Shown: positions 10,601 to 22,640, counted from the stretch's first letter. The stretch: 44,225 bases of DNA from Tubiluchus corallicola (GCA_030141605.1 JAQGDQ010000609.1:1-44225); one strand, 5' to 3'. Numbers and translations: made by a program. The notes: generated by a model from the letters alone, not told the origin.

Positions 10601-12769
10601 AGTATAGTATGTAAGTGGTATAAAATTTCAAGATGAATTTTTAAGCTTTATGTAAATGGAGAGTTTTCTTGTGCTTTAATCACTTAATCGCACAGATAAT
10701 CAGTAAGAACTACAAATTGACAAAATGTTACAGGAGTTACAGTTTAAGAGAACCTGCTGATTTGAGGAAACTCTGCGTGCAGCTAAAAAAACTACACAGC
10801 ATGCAGAATTTGAAGCTAATAAAAGTATCATATTCCAACCTAGCCACTGGGGGGGGGGGGCAAGCCAGCCCAACTCGGTGCCGGTCCCAAGCTCGGATAA
10901 ATAGGGAGGGTTAGGGTCAGGAAGGGCATCCGCCTGTAAAAAACTGCGCCAAAACCTTCTATGAATGAGTCGGTGAGACTTAAAGGTAAAGTCCACAAAG
11001 AAGTGGTCAGACCCGCTCTAATCTATGGGCTGGAAGCAGCTTCTCTAAAGAAGACCGAAGAGAAGAAAATGGGTGTGGTGGAGATGAGGATGTTGAGATG
11101 AATGGTGGGAATAACAAGAAGAGATAAAATTAGAAATAATAATATCAGAGGAACGCTAAAAGTAGTGGAAGCCTCGCAAGATTGCAATGGTATGGACATC
11201 TGAAAAGAAGAGTCGGTGAAGATCATGTGGGAAGGGAGGTCGCGGAAATGGAAGTGCTGGGAAATAGAAGAAGAGGGCGATCCAAGTGGAGATGGATTGA
11301 ATGTATTAATTGAGACCTTCGAGAGAAGAACATAAATGAAGAGATGGTCAACAACAGGAATGCCTGGAGAAGACTCATTCACAACGGCTACCCCACATAG
11401 GGAAAAGCTGGGAAGAGAAAGAAAAGTATCATATTCCAAACAATGTTAATTTATCTGGCTCTGATGACGTCCGCAGCTCACCTCGCATATCTACCAGTCG
11501 ACCAATCCAAAGATAATGCAAGACCATTGTCATCTGTTACTTTTTTCTTATCGACCTGTACAAACCGTTCACCATTAAACTCTTGTAGGTCAAGAAAACC
11601 GGAAGACAGGGCACAGCCAAGCACGGGGTGTTCACCGGGAAATGCCATGTGACACCATTTACAGTCTAATACTCCAGTCGTATCAACATAAGTGATTTTG
11701 TCACATTCACCACCCTCACTAATCTGACACAAAGTGATCTGTCCAACCCTCTGACTTGAATCAGAACTGCAACCATTCTGTTAAGTAAAAAAACAAATTA
11801 TTAAACTTTCATAGTACATTATCATAATTAACAATGATGCATATTTGTGTGTCTAAAACTGTGTAAGTTTACACAATAATTTATCATGCATTATTTACCA
11901 TTTTGCGAAGGATGCAAACTTTACCAATAGTGAAAATTCCAATCTAAATTTAGGCTGGTTTGAATAGAAGTAAGCGTGCTATGTCTGTCTCTCTAACTTA
12001 CTAAAAAGCATTTATTCCTTGTCCTCTCTTCTCCTTTTCTCCCTTTATCTGATTCTGCCTTAGTCTTATTATGGTCTCTCTCTGTCTCTCTGTCTCCCCC
12101 TTCTCTCTCTCTCTCTCTCTCTCTTGCTCCATTTCTCTCTCTCTGTCTCTCTCTCTCTCCCTCCCTCCCCCTCCCTCTCTCTTCCTCCCTCCCTCAATAC
12201 CTCAATCCCTGCCCTCTCTCTCTCTCTCTCTCTCTTTCACTCGCTGTCTTTCTCTCTGTCCCTCTCTCTGTCTGTCTCTCTCTCTGTCTGTCTCTCTCTG
12301 TCTCCCCTTCTCTCTCTCTATCCGTCTCTCTCTCTCTCTCTTTCTCTCTCCCTCCTCTTTGACTCTGATTCTGTCTTACTCTTATTATCGTCCCTCGTGT
12401 CCTAGTCTACCTACCTCCCTCCCTCCCCCCTCAGTCTCCCTCTCTGTTTCTCTCTCCTCTCTCTGTCTCTCACACACACACTCTCTCTCTCTCTTTCTCC
12501 CTATCGTTCCCACTAATACTAATTCTCTTTGACTCTCATTCTGACTATGGCAAGCAGATGCATTGTGTGCATGTGTCTATCGGACTATCACAGGCATTAA
12601 AAAATAATCCTACCTGATCACTGGCATCGCTTCTTAGTTCGTAAGTTGCACAAATAAAATACTGTTCATATTTATTCACACGACACCATTCAATACAGTC
12701 GGCGGTATAACCCGTGTTTTGCGACAACAGTTTTTCCCTGTCAGGCAAAGTAACTTGTTCGGTGTGCAT
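4609..12769 (-). CDS. DPH7: Diphthine methyltransferase/methylesterase DPH7 (WDR85), WD40 protein; exons 12614-12769, 11482-11777, 8515-8672, 7624-7762, 6528-6700, 4609-5342 (551 aa)
   Basis: All introns GT-AG with consistent phases (0,2,1,2,1). Motifs: [101 protein letters not shown]. Confidence 0.93.
4702..5130 (-). repeat. 39-bp coding tandem repeat x11 inside the last DPH7 exon
   Basis: Unit AGTACTTGCACTCACAGATTCATGGTGTGACGTGCCACT, encoding S(G/D)TSHH(E/G)SVSAST on the minus strand. Confidence 0.95.
5457..6075. mobile_element. piggyBac-type non-autonomous element in DPH7 intron 5
   Basis: TTAA|CCCTTTCACTAC ... GTAGTGAAAGGG|TTAA: 12-bp TIRs and TTAA TSD; internal 39-bp duplication (5620-5697) and a (TG)n tract. 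Confidence 0.8.
6168..6527. repeat. 36-bp minisatellite x10 abutting the DPH7 exon 5 splice donor
   Basis: Unit ATCAGTCATGACGTTTC(T/G)TAATAACATTCTATTTG(T/C). Confidence 0.95.
7318..7569 (-). mobile_element. tRNA-derived SINE, probably MetaSINE-type core
   Basis: Minus strand: A box TAGTCTAGTGG, B box GAGTTCGAACC, core GGTCATACCAAAGAATTTAAAAATGGTAC, then AATAAA and an (ATT)n tail. Confidence 0.75.
7826..7965 (-). mobile_element. LINE-type 3' end with conserved stem-loop and (CTTA)n tail
   Basis: Same architecture as 22515..22640 and 34178..34350. Confidence 0.55.
8814..9228. mobile_element. hAT-type MITE (copy 2) in DPH7 intron 2
   Basis: Homologous to 2738..3210; TIR CAGGGGTGTGCAAA / TTTGCACACCCCTG; degenerate 8-bp TSD CATTACAG / GATTACAC. 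Confidence 0.85.
10837..10912 (+). ncRNA. Twister ribozyme core (type-P1; appears to be the 3' cleavage product)
   Basis: AA-CCTA(P2)-GCC-[ACTGGG..CTCGGT, P3]-GCCGGTCCCAAGCTCGG(P4/L4)-ATAAA-TAGG(P2')-GAGGG, colinear with the recalled rice twister ...UAACACUGCCAAUGCCGGUCCCAAGCCCGGAUAAAAGUGGAGGG...; P2 changes are compensatory. Confidence 0.8.
10839..11421 (+). mobile_element. Short bipartite (internally deleted) RTE-clade non-LTR element
   Basis: Flanked by direct repeat AAAAGTATCATATTCCAA (10821-10838, 11422-11439). An RTE-like 5' leader is joined to a degenerate RTE ORF C-terminus ([26 protein letters not shown]). Confidence 0.85.
12075..12500. repeat. (CT)n-rich low-complexity microsatellite in DPH7 intron 1
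   Basis: Degenerate CT/CTGT/CCCT runs. Confidence 0.9.
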
Positions 12770-13006
12770 TGTCTATGAGCACAAAGCCACTTTTCACTAC
12801 AAGCAGCATGTACCAGCATGTATACAGCATGTACAAAAATCCATAGAGAATTTAAAATGTTAACATTCATCAGATTTTAAAAATCTTTCAGTTTCACAGG
12901 AAACTAATAATTGTTTAGCAACAGGCTAGTTTCACTTTGAATTTATCTAAATAAAGTCTAATTAATTCTTTATTCGTGTTTTTAAAGTTTACACTTGGAA
13001 GCAGGT

Positions 13007-13540
13007 TTAAGTTTTTTCCTCTATTTCGGTCACGGCTTGACGAAACATATCACTAACTTTAAGAGAAGGTGGCTCTTCTCTTGGCAATGAGTCAGTCACT
13101 AATGTCTCATCATGTTGCTGTGGTGAAGACTTGTCTTCTCCAGTTTTTTTGTGTGGTAGAATTACACCTTCAGCTTCAAGAGTTTTTGTAGTTAATGCAA
13201 ATAGATCTTCATCTGTCACTTTACCTTCTTTTTCCAACTGCATGTATTTCTCAACAAAAACTTGACAAAACGATTTGCTCGTTTGGTTGTTAATATCAAT
13301 AACTCCAGGCGAACCAAATTTTTTATAGAACTTTGCTCTGATAACGTCTTCAGGATAAAGAATATTAATGATTTCTTTTTTTGCTGGAGGTCGATTGAAC
13401 GTAGGCTCATGCAGTGGCGGAAATCTTTTGTAGACGTCGTACCAAATGGGTTTATCTTCAACTTTCACTGCACCTGCTTTCATTAAACCCGTCATTCTGG
13501 TGAATATTGTTCCAAGTCTTTCTAGTCTGCTTCCTGCCAT
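13007..13540 (-). CDS. MRPS23: 28S mitochondrial ribosomal protein S23 (mS23), intronless CDS, 177 aa
   Basis: MAGSRLERLGTIFTR..LMKAGAVK..KPIWYDVYKRFPP..ILYPEDVIRAKFY..CQVFVEKY; AATAAA about 33 nt after the stop. Confidence 0.93.
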   Translation of the reverse strand: MAGSRLERLGTIFTRMTGLMKAGAVKVEDKPIWYDVYKRFPPLHEPTFNRPPAKKEIINILYPEDVIRAKFYKKFGSPGVIDINNQTSKSFCQVFVEKYMQLEKEGKVTDEDLFALTTKTLEAEGVILPHKKTGEDKSSPQQHDETLVTDSLPREEPPSLKVSDMFRQAVTEIEEKT

Positions 13541-13789
13541 AGTTCACAAGATAAACGTTATCCATTGTCCAAACATTCTCAAACTTTTACCTAAAGAAAT
13601 AATTAAAAAGTTTGTCTTGTCATACATAGCTAACAAAACAAATTTAATAAGAAAGTTCTAAATTCGTAATGAGCAATGTCTTGTCATTCACTAACACATA
13701 CAAGTAGTCAATTTTCAAGAAAAATGGTGCATATTGCACGATCTCTAGATATAAGGACAGCAAATAGTGCTAGAAAATTAAATGCACCA

Positions 13790-14223
13790 TGTTTTGGATA
13801 TAAGCAAGTGGTGCCTCCTGGTGTTTGTTTTTCCTAGTTTAGACAGGTGAGCTAAAACAGGAAATAGGCCATTGGCCTCATTTCTCAGTTAGGATATGAA
13901 AGTAGTGAGTCACCGGTATGCGGCAAAGATGTAAGTTTCATTTCTTCACATTTCGTCATGTCATATTATTATTAATTATCGTTATACCAGTTACTTAATG
14001 TTTTGACATTGGTTTAGCAGAAAGAATTTTTAATTTTTCTTCAGATAAAACGAAGTCGAATGCATGTCGTGTACAGTTTTATATCTTTGCCGCATACCGG
14101 TGACTCACTACTTTCATATCCTAACTGAGAAAAGAGGCCAATGGCCTATTTCCTGTTTTAGCTCACCTGTCTAAACTAGGAAAAGCAAACACCAGGAGGC
14201 ACCACGTGCTTATATCCAAAACA
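13790..14223. mobile_element. Foldback MITE with ~145-bp TIRs, TGT...ACA ends and 5-bp TSD (Ginger2/TDD-like)
   Basis: 13790-13934 is the reverse complement of 14079-14223 with few mismatches; CACCA duplicated at 13785-13789 and 14224-14228. Confidence 0.8.
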
Positions 14224-14547
14224 CACCATGAAATTCTCACAAATAATGCATAATAAAATAAGTAACAGACCAGTTTGAGTGCCAGAAATTCCACTTCCCA
14301 ATCCACTTCTGGGTTGATACGCAGTAAGTTAATATAAGGCCAGAGGTGGCTCTATAGTTAGGCAGTTTAGGTAAGTACGGCTCCAGAGAAATTATGGTGG
14401 GTATCAGGAAGGGGATCTCATAACTCTCTTACTAACACACATTCACCAAGTTTGAATAGCATGGTCCAAAAAGTCTTCGAGGTACAATGCTCAACATTGT
14501 TTGGTTAAGTTGGGTACCACATCTAGGCCTATACAGCAACAGTATAG

Positions 14548-17545
14548 AGTTTCAAGAGTTTCAAGAGTTTTATTCATTTTCCACATTGCATCATTACAAT
14601 TAGCATTAAAATACAGATAATTTTCCATTTGAGTAAATATAAATATAAATATGAATAAATGCAATATTATTAAGAAATTTCATAATGCGGGATATACATG
14701 TGCAAATTTCATTACAGAATAATTTTTTGATGCATACAGTTTGAGCCTAAAAGCATAGCTTGACAGGCCAAACTGTATGTGGAAATCTTAAAAAAAATGG
14801 GGGGGGGAGTAGTGACTGAAAGATGAAATGGAGCGAGAAACTAAGAAAAACTGTGATCATGGTTACAAAGTGTTCAGTATCCTGTTAAACATAGTCACGT
14901 TATATTAAGATTACTGTAGCAAAAAATGCAGGTTATTACCATTATCAAATTGTGTTACTCTTCAATACTTTTGAAATATTTCTTTTCTGACGGTTTTTTT
15001 AAAAGTTAAAAGGGAGTGACTACATTTCGAATTGCAGCTTAGTCTGTTCCATAGGACTGGCCCCATATAGCTGATGAAGTGTTTCGCCATATTTGTTCTA
15101 CAACGTCTTGGTATATATTCATTATGTCTGGTATTGTATTTTTTTACATTTATCTTGACTGGATTTTCAAAAAAAGTTGGAAATAAGTTGTTGTTGGTTC
15201 TATACATGTATATACATCCATTAAAATTAATAACATCATCCAGAAGTAATATTTGACATTGCTTAAAATGTGTAGTAGTACTTGTGCTCCTTTTGTCTAG
15301 TTTGAAGATGACACGTAAAAATTTTCGTTGTAAAACTCTTAAGCATTCTAAATTTGTAGTATAAGTAAAGCCCCATAATGTTGTGCAGTAATTTAAATAT
15401 GATAATATTAAACTGTTGTATAATGTTAGAAGATGTTCGGTGTTCAGAAAGTTTTTAATATATGAGATGATACTTATATTTTTTGATATTTTTAATCTGA
15501 TCATGAATATATGTGGTCGCCAGTCTAGATGCTCATTCAGTATTAATCCCAGAAATTTCAGTTCTTTTACACGTGTAATTCTTTTATGGTCTATTATTAA
15601 ATCGTGATTCGCCTGAATTGGTTTATTTCGGGATCTAAACAGAATGTATTTTGTTTTTGATGAATTTAGTGAAAGTTTATTTGTTTTGAACCATATAGCT
15701 AGATCATGTAGAACTGTATTTATGTAGTCAATATTGGTTTCTATTTTATGAAAGCTAAAAAAATGCTTGTATCATCAGCAAACTGAAATAAATTGTGATT
15801 TTTAACACAAAATTTGATGTCATTAATATAAATTAGAAAAAGTAGTGGCCCGAGGACTGAGCCTTGGGGCACGCCACATTTGATTGTTGTTACATCTGAA
15901 AAAGCGTTATTATATTTTACTGTCTGAGTGCGCCCTGTTAAATAATTCTTTAGCCACATATGAGGCAAACCTCTGATACCGTAATAGTACAAATTATTTA
16001 GCAGAATGTCATGGTTTACTGTATCAAATGCTTTTGATAGGTCGCAAAATACTCCGTAGGATGTGCCATTTTTTTCAACAGTATTAATGATATTTTCTAT
16101 AATTTTTGTTAAGGCCATTTCAGTGGAGCTACCTTTTCTGAAACCAAATTGTTTATTACTCAGAATTATTTTTTTTATTAAATAATGAGATAACTGATTG
16201 TAAAAAACTTTTTCTAATATTTTTGATATAAAAGGCAATAAGGACACTGGTCTATAATTGTTCAGAGACATGGGATCATCTGATTTAAACAAAGGAACAA
16301 TAATTGATTCTTTCAATTTCGTTGGTTTTTCACCTGTAAGAAAAGATAAATTAATTAAATATTACAAAGGTTTAGATATGTAGTCAATGGTGTCTATTAC
16401 GACTTTAGGTAACATTTTGTCCTTACCAGGACTTTTATTCCGATTAAACGATTTGCAAGTATTTATTATATCATTTTCTGTTACTGCACTAATAAAAAAG
16501 CTTTGTCGGTAGGTACCTTTAAGATATGTACATGGATTTACGTTTGTGTTTTCAATTTGTTCTGATAATATTGGTCCAATATTGGCAAAGTAATCGTTAA
16601 AAGCATTTGCCACCTCTACATTATTTTTAATTAATTTATTGTTTATGAACAACGTAATGGGTCGATTTTGCCTTTCTTTATGCATAATTTCTTTCATTGT
16701 ATCCCATGTCTTTTTTATGTTATCTTTAACTGTCATCAATCTATCCCTATAATACTGACATTTTGATGCTTTTATAACTGTCTTAAGTTCATTTCTATAT
16801 CGTTTGTATTCTATTTCAGATACGTCATTACTTGCCTTGTTCACCAGAGAACGATACATTTTGTTTTTTCGCTTAACACTTACTAAAATTGCTGTAGTGA
16901 TCCAAGGTTTTTTTGCTGCTTGATGATTGTTATTGCTTTTCTGTAGTTTAATATGTTTGTTATAGATATCAGAAAGCTTAGTATGAAATAAATTGTATGC
17001 GTCTTCGGTATTAGTTGCAGAATATAAATCTGACCAGTCACATTGATTTAAATCTTGGATAATTTTGTTTTTTATATGAACATTATAAGTATGTTTGCGC
17101 ACGTATTCCTTACTGTATGTTTCAATTTTGAGATCAATAATTAAAAAAATTGGGAGGTGATCTGTTATATCTGTTAGAAAAATACCTGATTTATACTTAT
17201 AATCTAGTGCATTAGTAAATATATTATCAATTAGTGTTGCTGAATAAGGCGTAATTCTTGTTGGTCTTGTAACAGTAGGAAACAGATAATTGGTCAGCAT
17301 TGTGTCTAAAAAGTGTCCGGTTTCGTTGTGAGAAGCGTGGTTTATTAAATTTATATTATAGTCTCCTAGTAAGAAAATATGTTTGTTTTGTCTATTAACA
17401 ATTGCCATAGTGTTCTGTATTTTGTCTGTAAAATGGTTAGGATTTTCACCAGGTGGTCTATATATTACTCCCATTATTGTATTTTTATTCTTGCTGCGTA
17501 ATTCAATGAAAAGTGATTCTATGTCTGGATCATTGATATAAAGAC
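14548..17545 (-). mobile_element. 5'-truncated L2-group (Crack/Daphne-like) LINE with disrupted APE-RT ORF2
   Basis: APE motifs GVIYRPP, LLGDYNINL, TLIDNIF, TDHLPIF (16362-17582); RT motifs NYRPVSLL, DLSKAFDTV, GVPQGSVLGP, FADD (15741-16316); C-terminus 14962-15504; 3' stem-loop near 14737-14775; short 9-bp-unit tail. ORF broken by stops/frameshifts. Confidence 0.9.
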
Positions 17546-18199
17546 ACAAGTAGACGTTTGATTGGCTTTGCCACAGTAACATTTGGAGATATGCAAAATA
17601 ATTGATACCTAACTACCACTGTTTGAGTGGCCTTCAACTTCACAATGAACAAGGACTGACAAGTGCAAGAACTGGACCAAATCAAAGTAAACACACGATA
17701 GATCTGTAGGCCTATCTTTTGCTTTTATTCCTAATCGAAAGAAACCCTGAAATTGATAATGGTATATAGTCGAGGAGCTATAACCAATTAAATTAGCCAC
17801 ATCAGTACCAAAGATGACTGGCTTCAGGTAAAGCAACTTTCCTGAAAGATTATAACATGAGCCCAAGTATGCTACAAAGCATGCCTGAAAGATTTAAAGT
17901 CGACAATAAACACAGTTCTGTTTAAGTCTAATTTCTTTTAATTTTGATATCACCTACCGGGGTATTTCATCTCTCGTTTTTGCTATCTATGCAATATCAT
18001 GACCAAATGTTATAACGCTATGAAAATGAGCACACTCGCAGCTATGGTGGCGCGCTCTACCATCCGACATGCTCGAAGAGTCAATAGCAGGTACCTTCGT
18101 TTAGACTTCAACGAACGGCAAAATTATCGTGAAGGCATTAATTACATCTTGTATGCAGCACGCTTAGACGAAATGAAAGTAAAACGCTTATAATTATGA

Positions 18200-19338
18200 G
18201 ATTATGATGTTATACTTAATGGTTAGATTAACCATTTTCTTATCATATAATGGAATTGACCACTTCAACTCGTATGTAACGTCTTCTCTTTCACTTCTTT
18301 CACATTTACCCCTAGTCATTTGGTCAACACAACGATAGTGTCTACCCTATATAATACACTCGACATCATGAGCCATAGACAAAAACGATAACACTTAAAA
18401 TGCAAATACGAAATGGAGCCTTACCTAAACATTATTAAGGACAAAAATCATAGGCAAGTTATCACTAAACTCTGAGTGAGTGAACATGATTTAGAAAACG
18501 AATGTGCTCATTATACCAAAACACCAGAACAAGAACGAATATGCAGTTATTGCGCAAACTTATCACCCAAAAAACTTGAAATAGAAGATGAAATGCACTT
18601 TTAATATGACTGCCCACTTTTTGCTGAAAATAAACGAACTATGAAAATAAACTTCACAGACTAAATTTTTTCTCTAGAAATACTACCTCTCTCATGTGGC
18701 TGTTTAACAGTAGAGTTCAACAAGATGCAATTCATTTTGGGGAACATATATTTAAAAACTTCCAAATGAAAAAAAGCTAATGCCGGCTACACAGTTAATA
18801 CTTTTCAATGTTAACTCAACTACTCAAGAGTTGAGGCTTTTTAATATCTAGGTATAATTTTGTATTGCATAATGTATAGTTGTTGATTGTCTTTCTTTTT
18901 TGTAGGCTTTATTTTTAATACTGTTTCTTTGTTTTTGTAGACTTTCTAGTTACAATCTATACGTCCATGACATCAATGCAAAAGCTTTTGGCAACAACTC
19001 TGATTCCTAGGGAAGAAGAAATCAGCACTCTGGCAACAGACTCTAACCAAATTATTTCCAGCTCTCATAATGTTATTTTTATAATCTTTCATTTAAAAAG
19101 CTGGTACTGATGCCTACTACTTTTAAGTTATTTTTCTTTTTCATTGTTAAATTATACAATTTTTACGTAACTGTGATTTTTGTATCAGTATACCACATCT
19201 TAACACTTGTCTATGAAAATGACTTTACATACAGTCCATTGAAAATTTTTTCGGTTCATGTAATACTTAACCTGTATTGCTCTACCAGTTTACATTGTAC
19301 GTATTGGTGCCCAATAAAACTGAATTGAATTGAATTGA
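18200..19338 (+). mobile_element. Degenerate 3' fragment of a non-LTR retrotransposon with C-terminal CCHC-type motif
   Basis: Reads ITKL*VSEHDLE..ERICSYC..IEDEMHF..DCP near 18455-18620; AATAAA + (TGAAT)n tail at 19313-19338. Boundaries approximate. Confidence 0.55.
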
Positions 19339-19974
19339 AAGGTCAAACTCCCAAACTGTTCTTCTAATTTACTTTTTTGACGGTAGATCATGTTTCCGAT
19401 TTGTATACTAGAGATGACACCTCTAAAGAATCATTAACTCTTAGATTAACTAACTACAATACACATTCTTCCAAAATTATCATTTAACTGCCCTGGTTAT
19501 TGTGTTAATGTATTTTTTTTAATTTGTTATTCTCTTTTTTCAATTAGCAGCTTATAATTGTTTTGTGTATTTAGCCAATCACCCAGATCTTTGTAATTTT
19601 CAGCTTCACTAATGCATTCATAAATGTGGGATTTGTTTTTTTTCTTGGTCATCCTAGCACGCATAAATTGAGTCTTTTTGATACAAAACTTTAATTGTTT
19701 CAATCCTTCAGCTTTTCTACATTTTTTTCATTTTTTTGTGTTACTGTCATTTCCTACTCCTATTATGTCAGCTCTTACGAATTCAGCTTGTCTATTCAAT
19801 TATTCATTTGACTCATGTACACAGTACTTGCCAAAGCGTGGTAGTATATGGTATCTGAGCAATAAACTTTGAATAAAAGGAATTCGTCAAATCTTCAGAA
19901 ATACTGTTATCTATGGTCACAAAACTGATTCAACTCATAGAAAACTCGAAGTCGAATACGAGAGTTAAGCTAAA

Positions 19975-22358
19975 ATGTCTGCTCGAAAAGGTGCTGGAGT
20001 AAACCGGTTACTAACAAAACTACGACAGTCTATTGAAAACAAAAACTTTTACGAAGCACATCAGTTGTATAGAACTTTGTACTTTCGGTGAGCACATTTC
20101 TCTCTCATATTTTTCTCTCACATTTCTTTCGTTTATGACAGTGTAACAGTATATAACATAGTAGCAGTTTTCATATAATTATGATAGATACGTAATTGAT
20201 ATTACAAATGGACCTCGGTGATATTCAAAAATGATTTGAAGAATGGCTAACGGAGCTCCAGCAAAGTAAAAGTTATCTTTTTCGCATTTGTCCTCGGTCC
20301 CTTAATTACATCTTACAGCATGGATAGGGGTTAAGCATAAATGACCGCTTTTTACCCTCCAATCTTTTCTGGATTCTTTATTTATTTTAAGTTTTCTAGT
20401 AGGTGGTGGCGCTAACGATACGATATAGAAGATAGTATCAGTGTGTTCTTTTTTGCACGATCAATAGTGTCAGGTTGCCTCAAAAATCCAAGTGTCTTGT
20501 TGCCATTGCGGAAGTCTAGGATCAATGTATTTCTCTGAGAGATTTAAACTGAGAAACTGAAAGAGCACTCACTACATATTCAGGAAGCTTGTTCCAGGTA
20601 TTTACAACACGAGCTGCAAAGAAATTATGTCTTCTTCCCCATTTTGAAGCAGATTTCTTGTTGATTTTGAGCGAATGTCCTCTTGTCCTATGATGTATCT
20701 GGAGTTCATATATTTTGTTACTGTCTACCCGGCCAATGCCCTTAAAGATCTTAAATGTCTGGATCATATCCTGTTGCGTCTTCTGTATTCGACTGTTGTA
20801 AGTCCTAAATGTCTTAATCTATCAGGTTATGATTTTTCAGCTATACTTGATATCATCCTAGTTGCTCGACGCTGAATACTTTCGAGCTCACGAATCATGT
20901 CATGTCTACATGGATTCCAAGTCACATCAGCATAATCTAAGATAGGCCTTACCATGGATTTATAGGGGCCATTAATCTACTTTATTATTAAAAATCTAGA
21001 CTAAATTCACTTAAATGCACAACTTCTTACAAATAGACAAATATTGCAGGTAATGATTTATTTGTAGGAAAAGGGAAGCTGCTCTTTAGGCTCTCTGTTA
21101 ATTTAGACAGCATATGTGGCTCCCTTATTAAACAACAACTGTGACATGACCTTAATAATAGTGTGAAAAAGTTTATTTCCTGCAAATATGAACTTAGAAA
21201 TAAACAGGTTTTTTTTGTTTAATCTTTCAGTTACACATCTCAGGAAAAATATGTGGAGTTAATAAACTTACTATACGATGGTGCCACATTATTGTTGCAG
21301 AATGAACAGGTAAGTTTTGGTTAATATTCAGATAACGTTATACATCGTTTTTGACAAAATTTCAAAAATGTTTGATTTTCGAATATCACACCAAACTAAG
21401 TTGTTAGTCTGTAATAAATGTAAATACACATGAAGCATATCTACCATCACAGATTAAAATGTTGCTAATATGTCCTTAAAGGAAGAATCAACCCTAGAAC
21501 AACATTTATTGCATTTTAGTGTACAATTAAAAATATTGAAATCGCAATACAAAATATGCGCATAAAACGTTTAGCTTAAAAATGTAAAAGAAATTTAAAT
21601 ATCTTTTACCTCCTGCCAAACGAACCTTGCTGCCTGCATATTGGAAAAAAATGGCGTAATCTGATGTATGGTGGAAGTACGCATTGCAAACTTTCTACAG
21701 TTTGCTTAGAAGTTCCATTATTCTAATATTGTGTTTAACTGTGTTTATCTAGAAATTAGTCATTCGATCAATTATGATCAAATTTAAAGTGGTTACTTTG
21801 CTTTAATCTACACGATTACACCTTAAAGTGTGTAAGTAATTAACATTAATTGTGTGACTAATTAATTTACAGTTTTTTGTTGACTTTTAACATAGGCATA
21901 GAAACTTGCCAGCATGCAGTAGGTGCCGGGCTGGTTACTTAGTTCATAGAGTTCACTGTATAAGTTAAAAAAGATTCTGAATCACCACGTGGGATAAGTA
22001 TTTATGTTGCATGGAAACCGGATGATGCCATTTTTCATCTAAAATGAGCGCGCCCAAGCGTAAAGTGACGGCGACCTTAAATTGATTTTACTAATTACAT
22101 GAGATGCTTATCACAATTTTATTGCTGAAACTTTCTTACATTTTTTCCCAAATATTAAAATAAGCTCAAATTCCCAAGAGACTTGGCTTTTGCTTTAACG
22201 TAGAAAGTTATATGCTAAAAAATATTTTTGTGCTGTGTCTTAAAATTTTATTTAAAATGTTACCTCCTTCTTGCAGCATGAGAGCGGTGCTGATTTGTCC
22301 ATGCTGTTACTGGATGTCTTGAAGAAGACTGCTACACCAGCATCCGATGAACTACTTG
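19975..22358 (+). CDS. GET4: Golgi to ER traffic protein 4 homolog, 5' part; exons 19975-20087, 21231-21309, 22277-22358 (remaining exons not found in the window)
   Basis: [38 protein letters not shown] / [26 protein letters not shown] / [19 protein letters not shown]; GT-AG introns with consistent phases. Confidence 0.9.
20430..20965 (-). mobile_element. CR1-clade LINE 3' fragment in GET4 intron 1
   Basis: [35 protein letters not shown]; upstream degenerate [23 protein letters not shown]. Confidence 0.75.
21480..22194. mobile_element. Possible Kolobok-like non-autonomous element
   Basis: TTAA|AGGAAGAATCAA ... TTGGCTTTTGCT|TTAA; the TIRs are imperfect. Confidence 0.35.
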
Positions 22359-22514
22359 GTAAATTGTTATCTAGTATCTAATTGCATTTCATACTCTGTT
22401 TGCTAATTTTTTATATTACTGCCAATTTAAGGTATGGAGGAATAGATTATTATATGTGAAAATGTATTGTCACATCTCAAAAATGGTCTAAAGTCATAAG
22501 AAATAGCATTCAAT

Positions 22515-22640
22515 ATTCAATTCAATTCAATTTTATTTTCTCAATTGCAGTTAAAATTCATCATAATTATTTTTACATTTCATTGCAACTGAGAAGGAGC
22601 AGCGAAAGACCTATTGGTCACTTGGTCAGCTGCCCCTAAT
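22515..22640 (-). mobile_element. LINE-type 3' end with conserved stem-loop and (GAATT)n tail
   Basis: Same architecture as 7826..7965 and 34178..34350. Confidence 0.55.

Noticed and set aside
10022-12025. Kolobok-like element spanning AGGACAAG...CTTGTCCT
   Set aside because: Only an 8-bp match, no TTAA at the right end, and it would enclose conserved DPH7 exon 2.
17609-17866. 85-aa ORF as a protein-coding gene
   Set aside because: Non-ATG start and no recognisable similarity; more plausibly untranslated leader.
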